In this document: positions 1-12,112 of the stretch, in pieces
Position numbering within the stretch: position 1 is the stretch's first letter
Layout: each line of letters begins with the position of its first letter
From: an uncultured Chthonomonadaceae bacterium
GTDB lineage: Bacteria; Armatimonadota; Chthonomonadetes; Chthonomonadales; Chthonomonadaceae
Direction: 5' to 3'
DNA: 64,000 bases
Assembly: GCA_963835065.1 (NCBI GenBank)
Contig: CAWIEK010000060.1
Coordinates: 132,293-196,292 of the forward strand
Notes under the pieces: model-generated
What the model saw: only the letters and a program-made list of their open reading frames with translations
What the model was told of the DNA's origin: nothing
Databases searched by the model: none
Program-made: the position numbers and the translations under genes

Positions 1-1
1 A

Positions 2-340
2 ATGGCGCAGCTTGCAGAAAAGCGGGGCGAATTCGCAGCCTACGTGGATTACCATTGGAATTGCATTGCGCGCCGACATCCCTACCTTGCACTTGGTCAA
101 GCCACAGCCAGGCTCTGGATTGCGAGGCTGCAACGTCTGCCGCAGTGGGCTTTCGCGCAAACACTGCCGGAATGGGAAATGGCGCTGCTGGAGCAGTACC
201 ATACTCGTCGCCATCTGCTGATTGAACGCCGCCGACCCGCGAACTATGCCCCCAATGGGCTTATCAAGAAATCGGGCGTACTGCCGTGCCAGCAACACAT
301 CGCTTGTACTCACGAGACACTAATTAGCGCACTGGAATAA
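2..340 (+). CDS. C-terminal part of a probable glycosyltransferase (GT2-like), truncated by the window start
   Basis: Open frame from the window edge to a stop at 340, co-directional with the GT cluster; no catalytic motif visible. Confidence 0.4.
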   Translation: MAQLAEKRGEFAAYVDYHWNCIARRHPYLALGQATARLWIARLQRLPQWAFAQTLPEWEMALLEQYHTRRHLLIERRRPANYAPNGLIKKSGVLPCQQHIACTHETLISALE

Positions 341-347
341 TCCCACG

Positions 348-1060
348 ATGAGCTTGAAGGAAATGTATGCCGGGTTTCGCCATCGGCTTCGCTTTTATCG
401 GCATCACTTCCCCCACGAGTTGATGTGGGGGCGCGTATACTTCTCACAATACGGGCAAAACGCCTTTCTGCTGGAATACTTTCAGGGAAAGCAGGACGGT
501 TTTTATGTTGACATGGGCGTATCACCCCATCATGTATTCCAATACCTATTCTCTGATGGTTAGGCTGGCGTGAAATCACCATTGAACCGAACCCGGAGAA
601 ACTGACGCTCTTTCAAAAATTTCGCCCGTCCGACCAGATGCTCTCGCTGGCGATTTCGATACCGAAGGAACGCCACCTTCGCCATTGAAGAAGGGCTTTC
701 GGGCATTGTCAATGACCACTACTTTCACCAGAGCCGTCTCAAAAACATGCGGCAGATAACCGTCAAAACCAGGCCGCTCCAGGCCGTGCTTGCGGAACAC
801 ATCACCCCGCAAGGAAAGTTCATTGATGTTCTTTCCGTAGATTGTGAGGGGCATGACGAAGTGGTACTCGCTTCCAAATGATTGGGAACTGTACCGTCCT
901 TTGCTGGTTCTCTGTGAGGCTGGATGCCGCCGGAGCGCGACGCCTGGAACAATTCCTTACATTCCAGTGGTATCGCAAATCGCTGCCTGCGGACCGACTT
1001 TGATTTTTGAGGATACGCGCAGCCGTCCGATAGGCCACGTCCGTATCACGAATAGGCGCG
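348..1060 (+). CDS. FkbM-family SAM methyltransferase (several frameshifts; end approximate)
   Basis: Fragments across frames: YFSQYGQ, GFYVDMG, SNTY, IEPN, IDVLSVDCEGHD..VL.SNDW..YRP. Confidence 0.75.
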
Positions 1061-1072
1061 TAAGGAACCATA

Positions 1073-2251
1073 ATGCGCGTTTATTGATCAGTCCTCTACA
1101 TGGCCTTGATCCGCCCTGCGGTGACATTACCTACACGGAAACTCTTGTGGCTCATCCACCTGAAGGTGTGGTGTACGAAACTTACGCCGATGCCCTCCGC
1201 AGAGGAACCTTGATTGAACATGGACGGCGGGAGAGGTTATCGAAAGAAACCCTACTGACCGCTTGCAGCAAGGCCATAAACCTGCTTCGCAAATCGAAGC
1301 AATTGTTTTGGGAGCCGTTTCGTTTCTTTTCCGTTGTGCCGGGGGAGTACGATCTTATCCATCTGCATGTCTTCAACGCTCGGTTTTTCTGGCTTCCCCT
1401 GCCCGCTCACATCATAGAGCAGTGGAGCGGCGACAAAAGATTTATACCTTAACAATCGGCAATATACGCCAGTCCGGGTCTGTCGGCTACAAATTCATAG
1501 ACAGGGTCTGGGACAGGCGTTGCGGGTGCAACTGCAATTGGTCGGTACATGCACAGGCACGTCGGGTTCTTGTCTACACGGAGTATTTGCACAACTCCTC
1601 TGAAACAAGCAGCCCTGTGTGGAAGCGGATCGCGTGTCGGTCATGCCTTCTTGAGCATTGCGCCATCCTTTGAACTTACCCGTCGCGTTCCCCGGCGAAT
1701 AGGTTTCGTCGCCAGGAATTTCGATGAGAAAGGCGGCCCCGTCGTTCTGGATGCTTTTAAGCAGGTACGGCAGCAATATCCCGACACGGAGTTATCGATA
1801 ATAAGGTCAAAGCCGCAACTCGCTAAGGACAAAGCGGCGCGAATGGGCATTACCTGGCTGGACTGCGTACCGAAAAACAACTTTTTCCGGATGATTACGC
1901 AACTAAATATATATTTTTTGGCGTATCGCCACCGCCGCGCGACTGCTTTTCTTACGTGTGCTTGAAGCGATGTCCTGCGGCGTTGCGATCGCGACCAGCG
2001 ACTATGTTTCCATGCCGGAAGCGGTGAATTACGGCAAGGCCGGGTTGATTTCTCCTGTCGGCGATGCCGATAAATTGGCCGAGAACATTTTGACGCTTAT
2101 GAATTCCGAAACCAACTGGGCATTTCGGCAGGCCGCCCGCCAACGTTTTGAAAAAGAGTATTTCTCCTGGCATGCCGTCGCGCAGAAGATATTGGAAAAG
2201 TACCAAAGCGAGGACAGACTCCGCTACCACAAAGCCATACAAACCCGATGA
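1073..2251 (+). CDS. GT4 glycosyltransferase (frameshifted)
   Basis: AAGGA RBS before ATG 1073; fragments IGFVARNFDEKGG and LEAMSCGVAIATSD..SMPE. Confidence 0.8.
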
Positions 2252-3450
2252 AATTAGTCTATCTTCCCATCTTCGATGCCCGTGATGTCCGTAACTGGTC
2301 TGGAATTCTACTCCACTCTGGCAGGCGCTGGAAACGCAGGGAATAGAAGGAATCAGATCATTGACAATCTCCATCATGGTCCGTCTCTGCGCCGAAAGAT
2401 GCGTGAGCTCTGCGGGCACTATGTAGAAAAGCGTGACATTTTGCATTTTTTGGGACATTAATACCGCTAGGGGGATACGCTGCCGATGTTGCCACGCAGG
2501 TACAGAACCTGCAGGCAGATGTTGTTTTGAGCGCCAATCCCATTCCCCTGGCGTTTCTGAATTGTCCTCAGCCAAAGGTAATGTGGACGGATGCTTCGTT
2601 TGCCGCTTTGAGTAGCGACTATCAAGAATTCAGACCCGATCGCTATGTTCGGCGGCGGTGGCGAGTGCCACGAAAATTGATTATGCGGTCGCCCAAAACT
2701 GTGATTTGCTCCTGTTCGCGTCGGGTCGGGGCCGAGCTGGGCGATTCTGAAACCGATGCGGATCCGGGTAAAGTAGCTGTGATTCCGTATGGGGCCAATT
2801 TCGAGGTCGCCACATCGAATAGCTGACATACGTCGGATCGTTGCCGATAAGCCCCACAAGAGATGGAACTGCTCTTCGTGGGGGTGGCCTGGCAGCGTAA
2901 AGGAGTGGCGAAGGCCATCAAGGTTGTGGAGGGATTACTTGTTCGCGGCGTTGATGCCTATCTCGCCATCGCTGGCTGCTCTCCACCGACTGGCGAGAAT
3001 ATGCCGCCCTTCGTTGATTTGCGGGGATTTATCAGTAAAACTACCGAGGATGGACGCAAACAAATCAATGACCTGTACCGCAGCAGCCACTTTCTCATTG
3101 TGCCGACCATTGCCGATGCCTTCGGGCTGGTGTTTGCGGAAGCCTCCGCGTTTGGCGTACCGAGTTTATCTCACTCCATCGGCGGCGTGACCACGGTTGT
3201 TCGTAATGATGTCAACGGCTGCCTGTTCACTCTGGAACAGCCTATTTCCGATTGGGTAGATTGGGCAGCAAGCGTGTTGCAAACGCCGGGGCGTTACTGC
3301 CAACTGGCAAAATCTTCATTTCGTGAGTATGAGGATCGGCTGAACTGGAAGGTTGCAGGCAAAGCGGCAGCTGCCAGGATTAGACAGTGTGCTTCGCTCA
3401 ACGACAATGACAATACATTTGCCAGGTTGCCGGGAACAGTCGTACTATGA
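2248..3450 (+). CDS. GT4 glycosyltransferase (frameshifted)
   Basis: ATGA overlap with the previous gene; N-term MKLVYLPIFDARDVRNWSG; C-term LLFVGVAWQRKG and DAFGLVFAEASAFGVP. Confidence 0.85.
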
Positions 3451-4582
3451 ACATCGCCCTTTTTGCCAGTGCGTTTTATCCGCACTTCGGCGGCGTTGAG
3501 GAACTGGTTCGGCAGCTTGCCCATCAATACCGCCGCGTCGGTCATACCGTCATCATTGTCACCAATCGCTGGCCCCGCAATCTGCCCGCGTTTGAAGAAC
3601 ACGAAGGGTTGCCTATTTACCGGCTCGCTTTTCGCGTTCCCGAAGGCAGCCTCAAAGCGCGCGTCAATTACGCGCTCACGCATGCCGGAGTAGTGAAGGA
3701 GATGCGCGACATTTTGCGTAGCCGACAAATACAGATGCTACATGTCCAGTGCATCAGTTCCAACGGGTATTATGCCTTGCTTGCCAAACGCGCGCTTTGC
3801 CTGCCACTCGTCGTCACCGCGCAGGGAGAATTGACTATGGACGCCGGGCAGATATACCAGCGCTCCCCATTTCAAAATCAGGTTTTGCGCGACCTGCTGC
3901 GCGAAGCCGATTTCATCACCGGCTGTTCTCGCAAAACCCTGAGCGACGTGGAAGCGCATGCGGGTATTCTGTCGGCGAACGTGGCAGAGCGATCTTCAAT
4001 GGAGCGCTTCTTGACGATTTTACACAGGCCGGAGTTTACGCGCACCCCCGGCCTTACATTCTGGGCATTGGCCGCATCGTGCCGCAAAAAGGCTTTGACA
4101 TTCTAATTAAGGCATACGCGCAGGCAAACATTCCCTCGCATGATCTCATCATTGCAGGGGATGGCCCGGAGCGCGCAAGCCTGGAGCAGCTTGCCACCGC
4201 CTCCGGCAAAGCGGACAGTATCCATTTTGTTGGGCGCGCTGACCGGCCACAAACGGTCGCGCTATTCAAGGGCGCTTCGTTTGTGGCCCTGCCCTCCCGC
4301 GCCGATGAAGGCTTACCCGTTGTCAGCGTCGAAGCGATGGCGGCAGGCAAAGCGATTGTCGGGACGCGCGTAGGCGGCGTTCCCGAGTCTATCGTTGACA
4401 ATGAAACCGGGCTGATCGTGCCGCGTGAAGATGTGAATGCGCTCGCGCAGGCATTAACGCGAGTCGCCACCGATGTTGCGTTGCGCGAACAATTAGGCAG
4501 GGCAGGAAGTCAACGCGCCTCTTTATTTGCCTGGCCTGTCATTGCCGATCAGTACCTTTCGATTTACCGTTCACTTGGCTGA
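3447..4582 (+). CDS. GT4 glycosyltransferase (one frameshift near 3965)
   Basis: FYPHFGGVE N-term; GRIVPQKGFD and EGLPVVSVEAMAAGK motifs. Confidence 0.9.
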
Positions 4583-4689
4583 GATGCCGGTAATCTCCTG
4601 CCATTTCTTTCCATTCGCTGTAGCCACTCAGGAACATGAACCTCCTCATATTCTTAGGCGTGGCATAACGAAAGTACCAGAGCATTGGG

Positions 4690-5610
4690 ATGACTTTCTT
4701 ATCATCGCTATCTCGTCTGTTTGTCTCACTTCCGCCAAGCCGAAGTAAAGCAAGATTGGGACGAATAATCACCAGGCTGCTGCTGCATGGTAAAATGAAC
4801 TCGGTTGTTGAAGTTCACATGCGCGATGGCAGCAGAATGCTTCTGGATGCGCGCAGTCGGTCAAGTCCGGCGCATTTTGGAACGGGGAACGGGATCGTGA
4901 CGATATAGACTTCTTCAAAGTGTGTCTTCAATTAGGCAACACTATGTTTGATGTAGGAGCCAACGTCGGTTTGATTTCCATACCGTTGGCGCGTTTTCTG
5001 CGCGATAATGGCGGCGGAACCATTCTCGCCTTCAACCGTGAAAGCAAACTTCGACCGTTTAGTAACTACCATCCGCCTCAATGAGTATACTAACATCACT
5101 GCCTTCAATATCGCGCTTGGAGATGAAGACGGCGAGATTGAGATGGCTATGGAAACGCGAGACCGGTGGCAGGGCGGAGCCGGTACAGGCAATGCAGGGA
5201 TACGGCAGGGGCCGGAGGATGCCTCGCGATTTAGTTTTTCAAAAGCGCGCATACAGCGCTTAGACACGTTTGTCCGGGAAAACAACATTAACAACGTGGA
5301 CTTTATCAAGGTTGACATCGAAGGCGCGGAATTGATGTTCCTGCGCGGCGGCGCAGACTTTCTCTGCAAATGCCGCCCCATCATCTACGGAGAATTCAAC
5401 TACCCCGCCATGCTTCAATTCAATCACACAATTCTCGACGTGGTTGACCTTGTACGCCCCTGGAACTATAAAATTTTTGCTTTTGCGGATCGCCTTCTTC
5501 CCGTCGAGGTGCTTCAACCCAAAGTGGGTATTGGAAACGTGTTTTTAGCGCCCGAAGAAAAAACAGACAAACTGCTTAGATTGGTTGAAGCCGCCCGACT
5601 GCAAAAATAG
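4690..5610 (+). CDS. FkbM-family SAM methyltransferase (frameshifted)
   Basis: FDVGANVG motif near 4950 and DFIKVDIEGAE motif. Confidence 0.85.
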
Positions 5611-5770
5611 AGATTCGATAACAAACCCGATAGAAGGCCAATGCAAGATTCGGTATGCTTTTCGCTTTGTCATACACCGACGCCGTAATCGTTTGCTCAC
5701 AACAACTTTTAGAACCAGATGGAGAACGAACTTGACAGGCAGGGCGCACACACAAATTTCATCCGACGCG

Positions 5771-7120
5771 ATGCCGTTCTCCAACGGAGTCATACCTCGT
5801 TTACCCTATGTGCTGGCGTTGCTTTCTTTCATTCTTGCTGCGCTGTATGCGTTTGTCGCGCGACCGGGAACGCCTTATGATGAACCCGCCCACTTCGGCA
5901 ACCTGTGTTTCTATGCCAACTTTAAGCACCTGCCTGTACTTGGTGAGCCAGGATCAACTTATGAGAGTTATCAAAGCCCACTCTACTACGCAGTCTATAG
6001 TATAATCTACCTTGTGGCGCGTCCTCTGGGAGAAAACTTTGCGTTTTATGCGCTGCGAGTTACAAGCGCATTGCTCATGGTTCCTGTTGTATTGCTGACC
6101 TATCTCATCCTGCGCAGGGTGTTTCCCAGGCATATCCTTGTTGCTCAGACCGTCAGCCTGTTTGCAGCTCTTAATGCCAGTTTGTGCGCAATCGCCGGCA
6201 GCATCCAAAATGATATGCTGGCAATCGCCCTGACGCTGCTCATCAGCTATTTGAGCATACTTTGGCTGACAGACAGCCAATTGAACTTTACGCGCACCGT
6301 TGCGCTTGCGACACTGGTTTCGCTCGCTGTGCTGACCAAACTTAATACAACGTTCCTGGTAATCTCCCTTCCTTTATTCATGTGGGTAGTGCACCGCCAA
6401 CGCGCGTATCGCCACATAGCCCTCTTTGGGCTTGTCGTCGCCCTCCTGACAGGGTGGCTGTTTGTGCGTAACGTGAGGCTATATGGCGACATCACAGCCG
6501 CACGGGGAGAAAAGCGCTATCTTTCCATGCACTACCCTGCCGTCGTCAATGACCTGACAAAAATCAGCCTGTCTCATCCGAGAGGCTTTGCCATGATACT
6601 GCGTTCTACTCTGACTTATTTGTGGCTGCCCGTGGAATACTATCGCAACGCGATTCATGCCTCCCTGCTTGCGCGCGGCATTGTTGCCGTTTTTACTCTT
6701 ACGGGTTTAGCAGGCGCTCTAATGGCATGGCGACAATGCAAGCAACTTGTAATACAGCAAGATGCGAATGTCAAGCAGGCAGTCCTCTATCTGGCATTGC
6801 AGTATGCCGTGCGCCTGCTCGTTTATCTCTATGGCTCCATCACGGCCTGGATGGTTCCGGCGCGTATAACCCTCACAATGAGCATCGTTCCAATGCTGGT
6901 GATTGCCGGCGGTGGGTTGCTGGCGGCGCGGCAGGCCGGGAATGGCGGCGTTAAAGTTTACCAGATCGCTCTGTGGATAGCGCTTGGCGTTATAAATGCT
7001 TCCATGCTTTGGTCCACATACCGTCTGCCGGAGATGCCGTTCTATATCAAGTTTGCAGTACGAAATGCAAAGGTACATCCACCCCGCCTATTCAAGCCGG
7101 ATCGCGCCCTGTTCGCCTGA
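5771..7120 (+). CDS. GT-C-fold polytopic membrane glycosyltransferase (ArnT/PMT/DUF2142-like)
   Basis: Many TM segments; PYDEPAH after TM1, YESYQSPLYY, IQND, LTK motifs; start uncertain. Confidence 0.75.
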   Translation: MPFSNGVIPRLPYVLALLSFILAALYAFVARPGTPYDEPAHFGNLCFYANFKHLPVLGEPGSTYESYQSPLYYAVYSIIYLVARPLGENFAFYALRVTSALLMVPVVLLTYLILRRVFPRHILVAQTVSLFAALNASLCAIAGSIQNDMLAIALTLLISYLSILWLTDSQLNFTRTVALATLVSLAVLTKLNTTFLVISLPLFMWVVHRQRAYRHIALFGLVVALLTGWLFVRNVRLYGDITAARGEKRYLSMHYPAVVNDLTKISLSHPRGFAMILRSTLTYLWLPVEYYRNAIHASLLARGIVAVFTLTGLAGALMAWRQCKQLVIQQDANVKQAVLYLALQYAVRLLVYLYGSITAWMVPARITLTMSIVPMLVIAGGGLLAARQAGNGGVKVYQIALWIALGVINASMLWSTYRLPEMPFYIKFAVRNAKVHPPRLFKPDRALFA

Positions 7121-7212
7121 TTCATAATCCATATGGCTGCTCAATCTTATACTGATTCATTATGCCTATTCAAGAGTAACCATACATTTTGGACGTATGC
7201 TACCTTATATGG

Positions 7213-7364
7213 CCCTGGAACTATAGAAATTTCGCTTTGCGGATCGTCTTCTGCCCATTGAGGTGCTTCAACCCAAAGTGGGTATTGGAAACGTGTTCTT
7301 AGTACCCGAAGAGAAAACGGACAAGCTGCTCACTCTGGTAGAAACCGCTCACTTACAAAAGTAG
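7213..7364 (+). pseudogene. Diverged copy of the last ~50 codons of the upstream FkbM gene (5458-5610)
   Basis: Aligns by eye from CCCTGGAACTATA to the TAG stop; differences mostly at third codon positions. Confidence 0.9.
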
Positions 7365-7447
7365 CGGTTGAGCAATTCGCCATTGCTTGTGGTGACTGGT
7401 GAAGAGGAAACCGCTATCAGGTATTTAAACCGTTTTACCTTTTCTTT

Positions 7448-8542
7448 GTGAAAGGCGCTCACGATGCAGGTTGGCTTCGTTATGGAGCAGATCTAGGACA
7501 CGTCACTCACTCGCAAAACCTCAAGCAGGCGGTCGCGCGATTACCAGACATATCTCCTACTTACCTTGATGTACCATTCTCCGGCGACCTGGGGATATTG
7601 GCAAAGCTGCCTGTAATCTGCTCTAAGTGGTCTTTGCGCGCTTCACTTGCCGCCTATCTCAAGCTGCGCCCACACTATAAAAGGCTAGATGCCGTACTTT
7701 TTCACACGCACATGACGTCGCTGTTTTCTACCCGCCTCATGCAGCATCTGCCCGCCGTGATTTCGTTGGACTCGCCACCGTTCAACCGGCATGAGTCCTA
7801 TTATCCAATTCTGGAAACCGAGCGGAGCATCGCTTACAAAAACCGTACGTACCGCCGTGTTTTCTCGGCATCAACGCATGTAGTGGCGTGGTCGCAGTGG
7901 GTAAAGAACGATCTTGTCGCCTACTATGACGTTCCTTCAGAAAAGATTACTGTGATTCCGCCAGGAATTGATATGGCAGACTGGATGGCGCCGATACGCC
8001 CATCACCCTGGAACCGCTGCCTTCATCTGCTGTTCGTTGGTGGAGATTTCGAGCGTAAGGGAGGCAGCGCGCTGCTCGAAGCCATGTGCTTGTTGCCTGC
8101 TTGTTTAAACGTGCATCTGCATATCGTTACCAAAGCTGATCTTCCGAAAGCTGCTCATTCAGTAGACAATATCACTATTTACACAGGTGTCGCTCCGAAC
8201 TCGCGGCAATCGCGCGCCTTGTTTCAGCAGGCAGATATATTCGTTCTTCCGACCCGAAGCGATTGCCTGCCACTCGCGGTTTTAGAAGCTTTGGCAGCCG
8301 GCTTGCCTGTGATTACAACGAATATCGGCGCGTTGACCGAAGCCATAGAGGATGGCGTCAATGGCCTGGTCATTCCTGCTAACGACGCGCCTGCTCTCGC
8401 GGATGCGATTGCTTCCCTGGCTTCAAACCCGGCGCAGTTGCAGGCGCAAAGCTGTGCCGCCCGCGAAACCGCGGTTTCTAAATTTGACGCCACAGCCAAT
8501 TACGGCAAGCTGCTTGAGGTGCTTCAAAGCATTCGCAAGTAG
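7448..8542 (+). CDS. GT4 glycosyltransferase
   Basis: LFVGGDFERKGG and DCLPLAVLEALAAGLPVI. Confidence 0.9.
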   Translation: MKGAHDAGWLRYGADLGHVTHSQNLKQAVARLPDISPTYLDVPFSGDLGILAKLPVICSKWSLRASLAAYLKLRPHYKRLDAVLFHTHMTSLFSTRLMQHLPAVISLDSPPFNRHESYYPILETERSIAYKNRTYRRVFSASTHVVAWSQWVKNDLVAYYDVPSEKITVIPPGIDMADWMAPIRPSPWNRCLHLLFVGGDFERKGGSALLEAMCLLPACLNVHLHIVTKADLPKAAHSVDNITIYTGVAPNSRQSRALFQQADIFVLPTRSDCLPLAVLEALAAGLPVITTNIGALTEAIEDGVNGLVIPANDAPALADAIASLASNPAQLQAQSCAARETAVSKFDATANYGKLLEVLQSIRK

Positions 8543-8562
8543 CCGGTTGAATGTTATAACAC

Positions 8563-9725
8563 ATGCACTCTTTAATTTTCGTCTCCCTGGAAAATTGGGA
8601 TGACATCTGGCGGCGAAACCAATTTTTGTGCGCCGCCTACGCCCGCCGCTTTCCGCACAGCAAAATTTTGTTTGTCGGCTTGCCGCGTGATATATCGCAC
8701 CATATTCGGCGAGGAACACTGTCCCGATTGCGCGAGGAAGCGACATGGACGGTTGCCGACCTGCCCAACATCACTGTCACGCGCCCGCTCAAACTATTTC
8801 CCAACACGCTTGAAAGGGGACGCAGGCTCAATGAGCAGATTGCCCGCGCGCACATTCGGCGCGCGGTTCGCCGGTTGGGATTGAACAGCCCGGTCTTGTG
8901 GCTCAACCCGCATGATGCCGTTCACACGGTCGGGCGTATGAACGAGCGCGCCGTAATTTACGACATCACCGACGATTGGACGACGTTCACGCAATCTGAA
9001 TCCCTGACCCGGCGCATCGTCGCCCAAGATGCCGCTCTGTGTCGACGCGCCGATGCCGTAATCGTGTGTTCGCAGCGCCTCTATGATTTGAAACGTCCGT
9101 TGACGGAAAACTTGCATTTGATACCCAATGGAGTTGACGCCGAGCATTATCGCGCCGTGCTGGATGGAATTGGTTCCCTGCCCCGGAAACCATCGGCTGG
9201 AAAAAACCCGTATTGGGCTATACGGGCAGCATTCACGCGGATCGGGTAGACGTAGACTTGGTGGAAAGTCTCGCCCTTGCGCTTCCGCAGGCAACTATCG
9301 CGCTTGTCGGTCCCAACATGCTCACAGCATCGGTCACAGCCCGTCTGCAAACGCTGCCGAACGTCGTGTTCACCGGTAGCATTCCGTATGCCCGCCTGCC
9401 ACAAATCATGCGCGCTTTTGACGTATGTATCGTTCCACATCGCGTGACAGCGTTTACGGAAAGTCTGAACCCTATCAAATTATGGGAGTATCTGGCGGCG
9501 GGCAAGCCCATTGTTTCTACCGATGTGGCCGGTTTTCGAGACTATCCTGAACATGTCGCCATCGCGCAGGATACGGAAATGTTCGCTCAGGGGGTTAAAG
9601 TCGCCTTGTGCGAAGCCCCTGCCAAAGCGATAACGCGTCGGTTTGAGGCCTGTTCCCACTCTTGGGATTCGCGCTTGGATTGCATTCTGGAGGTTCTTAT
9701 GCAGATTGATGCAAGGATGTGCTGA
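8563..9725 (+). CDS. GT4-type glycosyltransferase (TuaH-like; frameshift near 9185)
   Basis: WDDIWRRNQ, YDITDDW, PIKLWEYLAAGKPIVST. Confidence 0.85.
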
Positions 9726-9778
9726 ATGCTTTTTCCGTTCCTGCTTTTTAGGCAGTGACGTTTTAGCGCCAAGATAAC

Positions 9779-11020
9779 ATGTCTGCCGAGATGATTATGC
9801 CTCTGTTAGAAAGTCAAAACCAACCCCTAAAGCCTGCAGCGCCTCCACGACTTCTTCAGTTGGACACGTTGCGAGGCGTGGCTATTCTGCTCGTGCTTGG
9901 AAACCATGCACCTGTACCCCCACAGGCGGCTGGCTGTTTTGAACCGTTTGCTGCGGCCTGGCAGCGTTTTGGGTGGGTCGGGGTAGATTTATTTTTCGTG
10001 TTGAGCGGTTTTTTAATTGGCGGTCTGCTATTTAAAGAACTGCAAACGCGCGCTCATTTGGATTTACGTCGCTTTCTAATTCGACGTTGCTTCAAAATTT
10101 GGCCCTCCTATTACCTTTGTGTCTGTGCCGGGTTGCTGTTAACGCTGGTACGTACACATGGTAAAATGGGTACATCTTTGTTGATTATGTGGCCTAATTT
10201 CGTTCACATCCAAAACTATTGTATGGGCGAACGTCCGATTTTGCACACTTGGAGTTTAGCGGTCGAAGAACATTTCTATTTGGCTCTGCCTTTCTGTTTG
10301 TGGCTGCTGACGCGCAAACATTTAAAGGACAAGATGCGCCTTTCTGCATTGCCGCTCCTTGCAGGGAGCGTCATGTTGTTCAGCCTTACCTTTCGCTGCC
10401 TTGTAAACAGTCGCCATCCGTTTAACCCGTATACGCATATTTTTTACACGCACATACGTATTGATTCTTTGATGTTTGGCGTTCTGCTCGCCTATTGGCA
10501 TCATTTTGATCCGGGAAAGTTAGAGAAAGTGGCTCGTCAGCGCCTGCTTTTACTAGCAATAAGTCTGATGTTAATCAGTCCGGCATTATTTTTCGATAGG
10601 AATGTAACTCCTTTTATATGGACAGTTGGATATACATTGATTTACCTCGGCTTTGGCGGTATTTTACTTGTAATGATTTATACGCCTTTGGGAGAGGGAT
10701 GGTCAGGACGGTGTTTGAGCGGCAAATCAGCGCGCCTTCTTGCCTGGATAGGAGTATCGAGTTATACTATCTATCTCTGGCATGGCTTGTTCGCGCTTCG
10801 CCCTATAGAAAGTTTAGATAATCTCTGGCTGATTCATTTGCCCTGGCTTCGATGGAGTTTGGGAACTGGCTTGTATTTAGCTTTAGCAATAGGAGTTGGT
10901 ACTTTAGCAGGCATTCTGGTGGACAAGCGGGTGCTTCGATTGCGTGACAGGCTGTTTCCAGCGCGCGCAAACGCGTTAACCTTACATCCGCAATTATTGG
11001 AAGCAGATCGACGCATTTAG
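9779..11020 (+). CDS. Acyltransferase-3 (OafA-like) membrane O-acyltransferase
   Basis: LDTLRGVAILLV, GVDLFFVLSGFLI, RRCFKIWP, HTWSLAVEEHFY. Confidence 0.92.
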   Translation: MSAEMIMPLLESQNQPLKPAAPPRLLQLDTLRGVAILLVLGNHAPVPPQAAGCFEPFAAAWQRFGWVGVDLFFVLSGFLIGGLLFKELQTRAHLDLRRFLIRRCFKIWPSYYLCVCAGLLLTLVRTHGKMGTSLLIMWPNFVHIQNYCMGERPILHTWSLAVEEHFYLALPFCLWLLTRKHLKDKMRLSALPLLAGSVMLFSLTFRCLVNSRHPFNPYTHIFYTHIRIDSLMFGVLLAYWHHFDPGKLEKVARQRLLLLAISLMLISPALFFDRNVTPFIWTVGYTLIYLGFGGILLVMIYTPLGEGWSGRCLSGKSARLLAWIGVSSYTIYLWHGLFALRPIESLDNLWLIHLPWLRWSLGTGLYLALAIGVGTLAGILVDKRVLRLRDRLFPARANALTLHPQLLEADRRI

Positions 11021-11066
11021 CCCACGTAAAACAATCTCTTTACAAGCAAGGGCATCTCGGTTACAG

Positions 11067-12104
11067 ATGTCCTCGCGGATTCAGGCATATACTGCAACTT
11101 TCCCTATGTTATCTTCAACCCTGAGTATAACTATCGTGACCGGCAGCAGCAAAGACATGCTGCGCGCCTGTCTGATCTCCTTGCTTGTGGGTAATGTGGA
11201 AGTGCCTGCCGAAGTTATTGTTGTAGATAATGCAACGACAAACGGCTGTGTGGAAATGATACGGGCTGAGTTCCCGCAAATCACCCTAATCGTCAACGCG
11301 CATCGTGACGGATTTGCTGCCAACCAGAACCGCGCCCTTCGCGCCAGTTATGGCGATTATATTTTGCTCTTAAATGATGATACAATTGTCCGTCCTGGTA
11401 CGCTCCAAACATTGTGTGACTTCCTGAATCACCATCCCAAAATTGGAGCCGTCGGTTGTCGGCTTGAAAACCCGGATGGCAGTCTGCAAAAAAGCTGCTA
11501 CAAGTTTCCTTCTCCTGCTCGCTCGATTGCCGAAAATTTGCTTCTGGTTGCCGCTTTTCCCAACAATTCCTGGTGGGGGGATTATCGCGCCTGGCCGCAC
11601 GACCAGACACGGGAGGTTGATTTTGTTATCGGGGCCGCCATGCTGGTGCGGCGTGAAATGATTGCTGCCGTTGGCTTATTGGATGAAGGTTTTTTTGTTT
11701 ACTTCGAGGAAGTGGACTGGTGCCGGCGCATGAAACAAAATGGCTGGCAGGTCGCCTTTACACCCGATACAACGATTGTTCACTACGGCGGGCAAAGCAG
11801 CCTCGATTTTAAAAACCGGCAATTTGTTGAGTTCACGCGCAATCAAATGAGGTATATTATTAAACATCATGGCATTATGGGTGGAAGTATTCATCGCCTT
11901 GCCATGCTTGTTGGCGCTGTGCTGCGCATTATACTATGGGGTGTAGCAGCATTTACGCGCCCTGCGAAACGCGCGACGGTGAAACTCTGGTGGCGCATTC
12001 TGCGCTGGCATCTGGGGTTCGGCCCCCACCAGGGTATTCGTGAACTGGCAGCCATTCAAAATACCAATCCCGCTCCTGTCCTTAATCCGTCCGCGTTGAA
12101 TTAG
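11067..12104 (+). CDS. GT2 glycosyltransferase (rhamnosyltransferase-like)
   Basis: IVVDNA, GFAANQN, LLLNDD, DEGFFVYFEEVDWC. Confidence 0.9.
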   Translation: MSSRIQAYTATFPMLSSTLSITIVTGSSKDMLRACLISLLVGNVEVPAEVIVVDNATTNGCVEMIRAEFPQITLIVNAHRDGFAANQNRALRASYGDYILLLNDDTIVRPGTLQTLCDFLNHHPKIGAVGCRLENPDGSLQKSCYKFPSPARSIAENLLLVAAFPNNSWWGDYRAWPHDQTREVDFVIGAAMLVRREMIAAVGLLDEGFFVYFEEVDWCRRMKQNGWQVAFTPDTTIVHYGGQSSLDFKNRQFVEFTRNQMRYIIKHHGIMGGSIHRLAMLVGAVLRIILWGVAAFTRPAKRATVKLWWRILRWHLGFGPHQGIRELAAIQNTNPAPVLNPSALN

Positions 12105-12112
12105 AACAACTT

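Noticed and set aside
844..1452. ORF as a real FkbM-GT fusion
   Set aside because: It joins the ends of two frameshifted genes; the GT has its own RBS and ATG at 1073
5458..7364. Diversity-generating retroelement VR/TR pair
   Set aside because: Mismatches are largely synonymous and not adenine-specific, and no reverse transcriptase is present in the window
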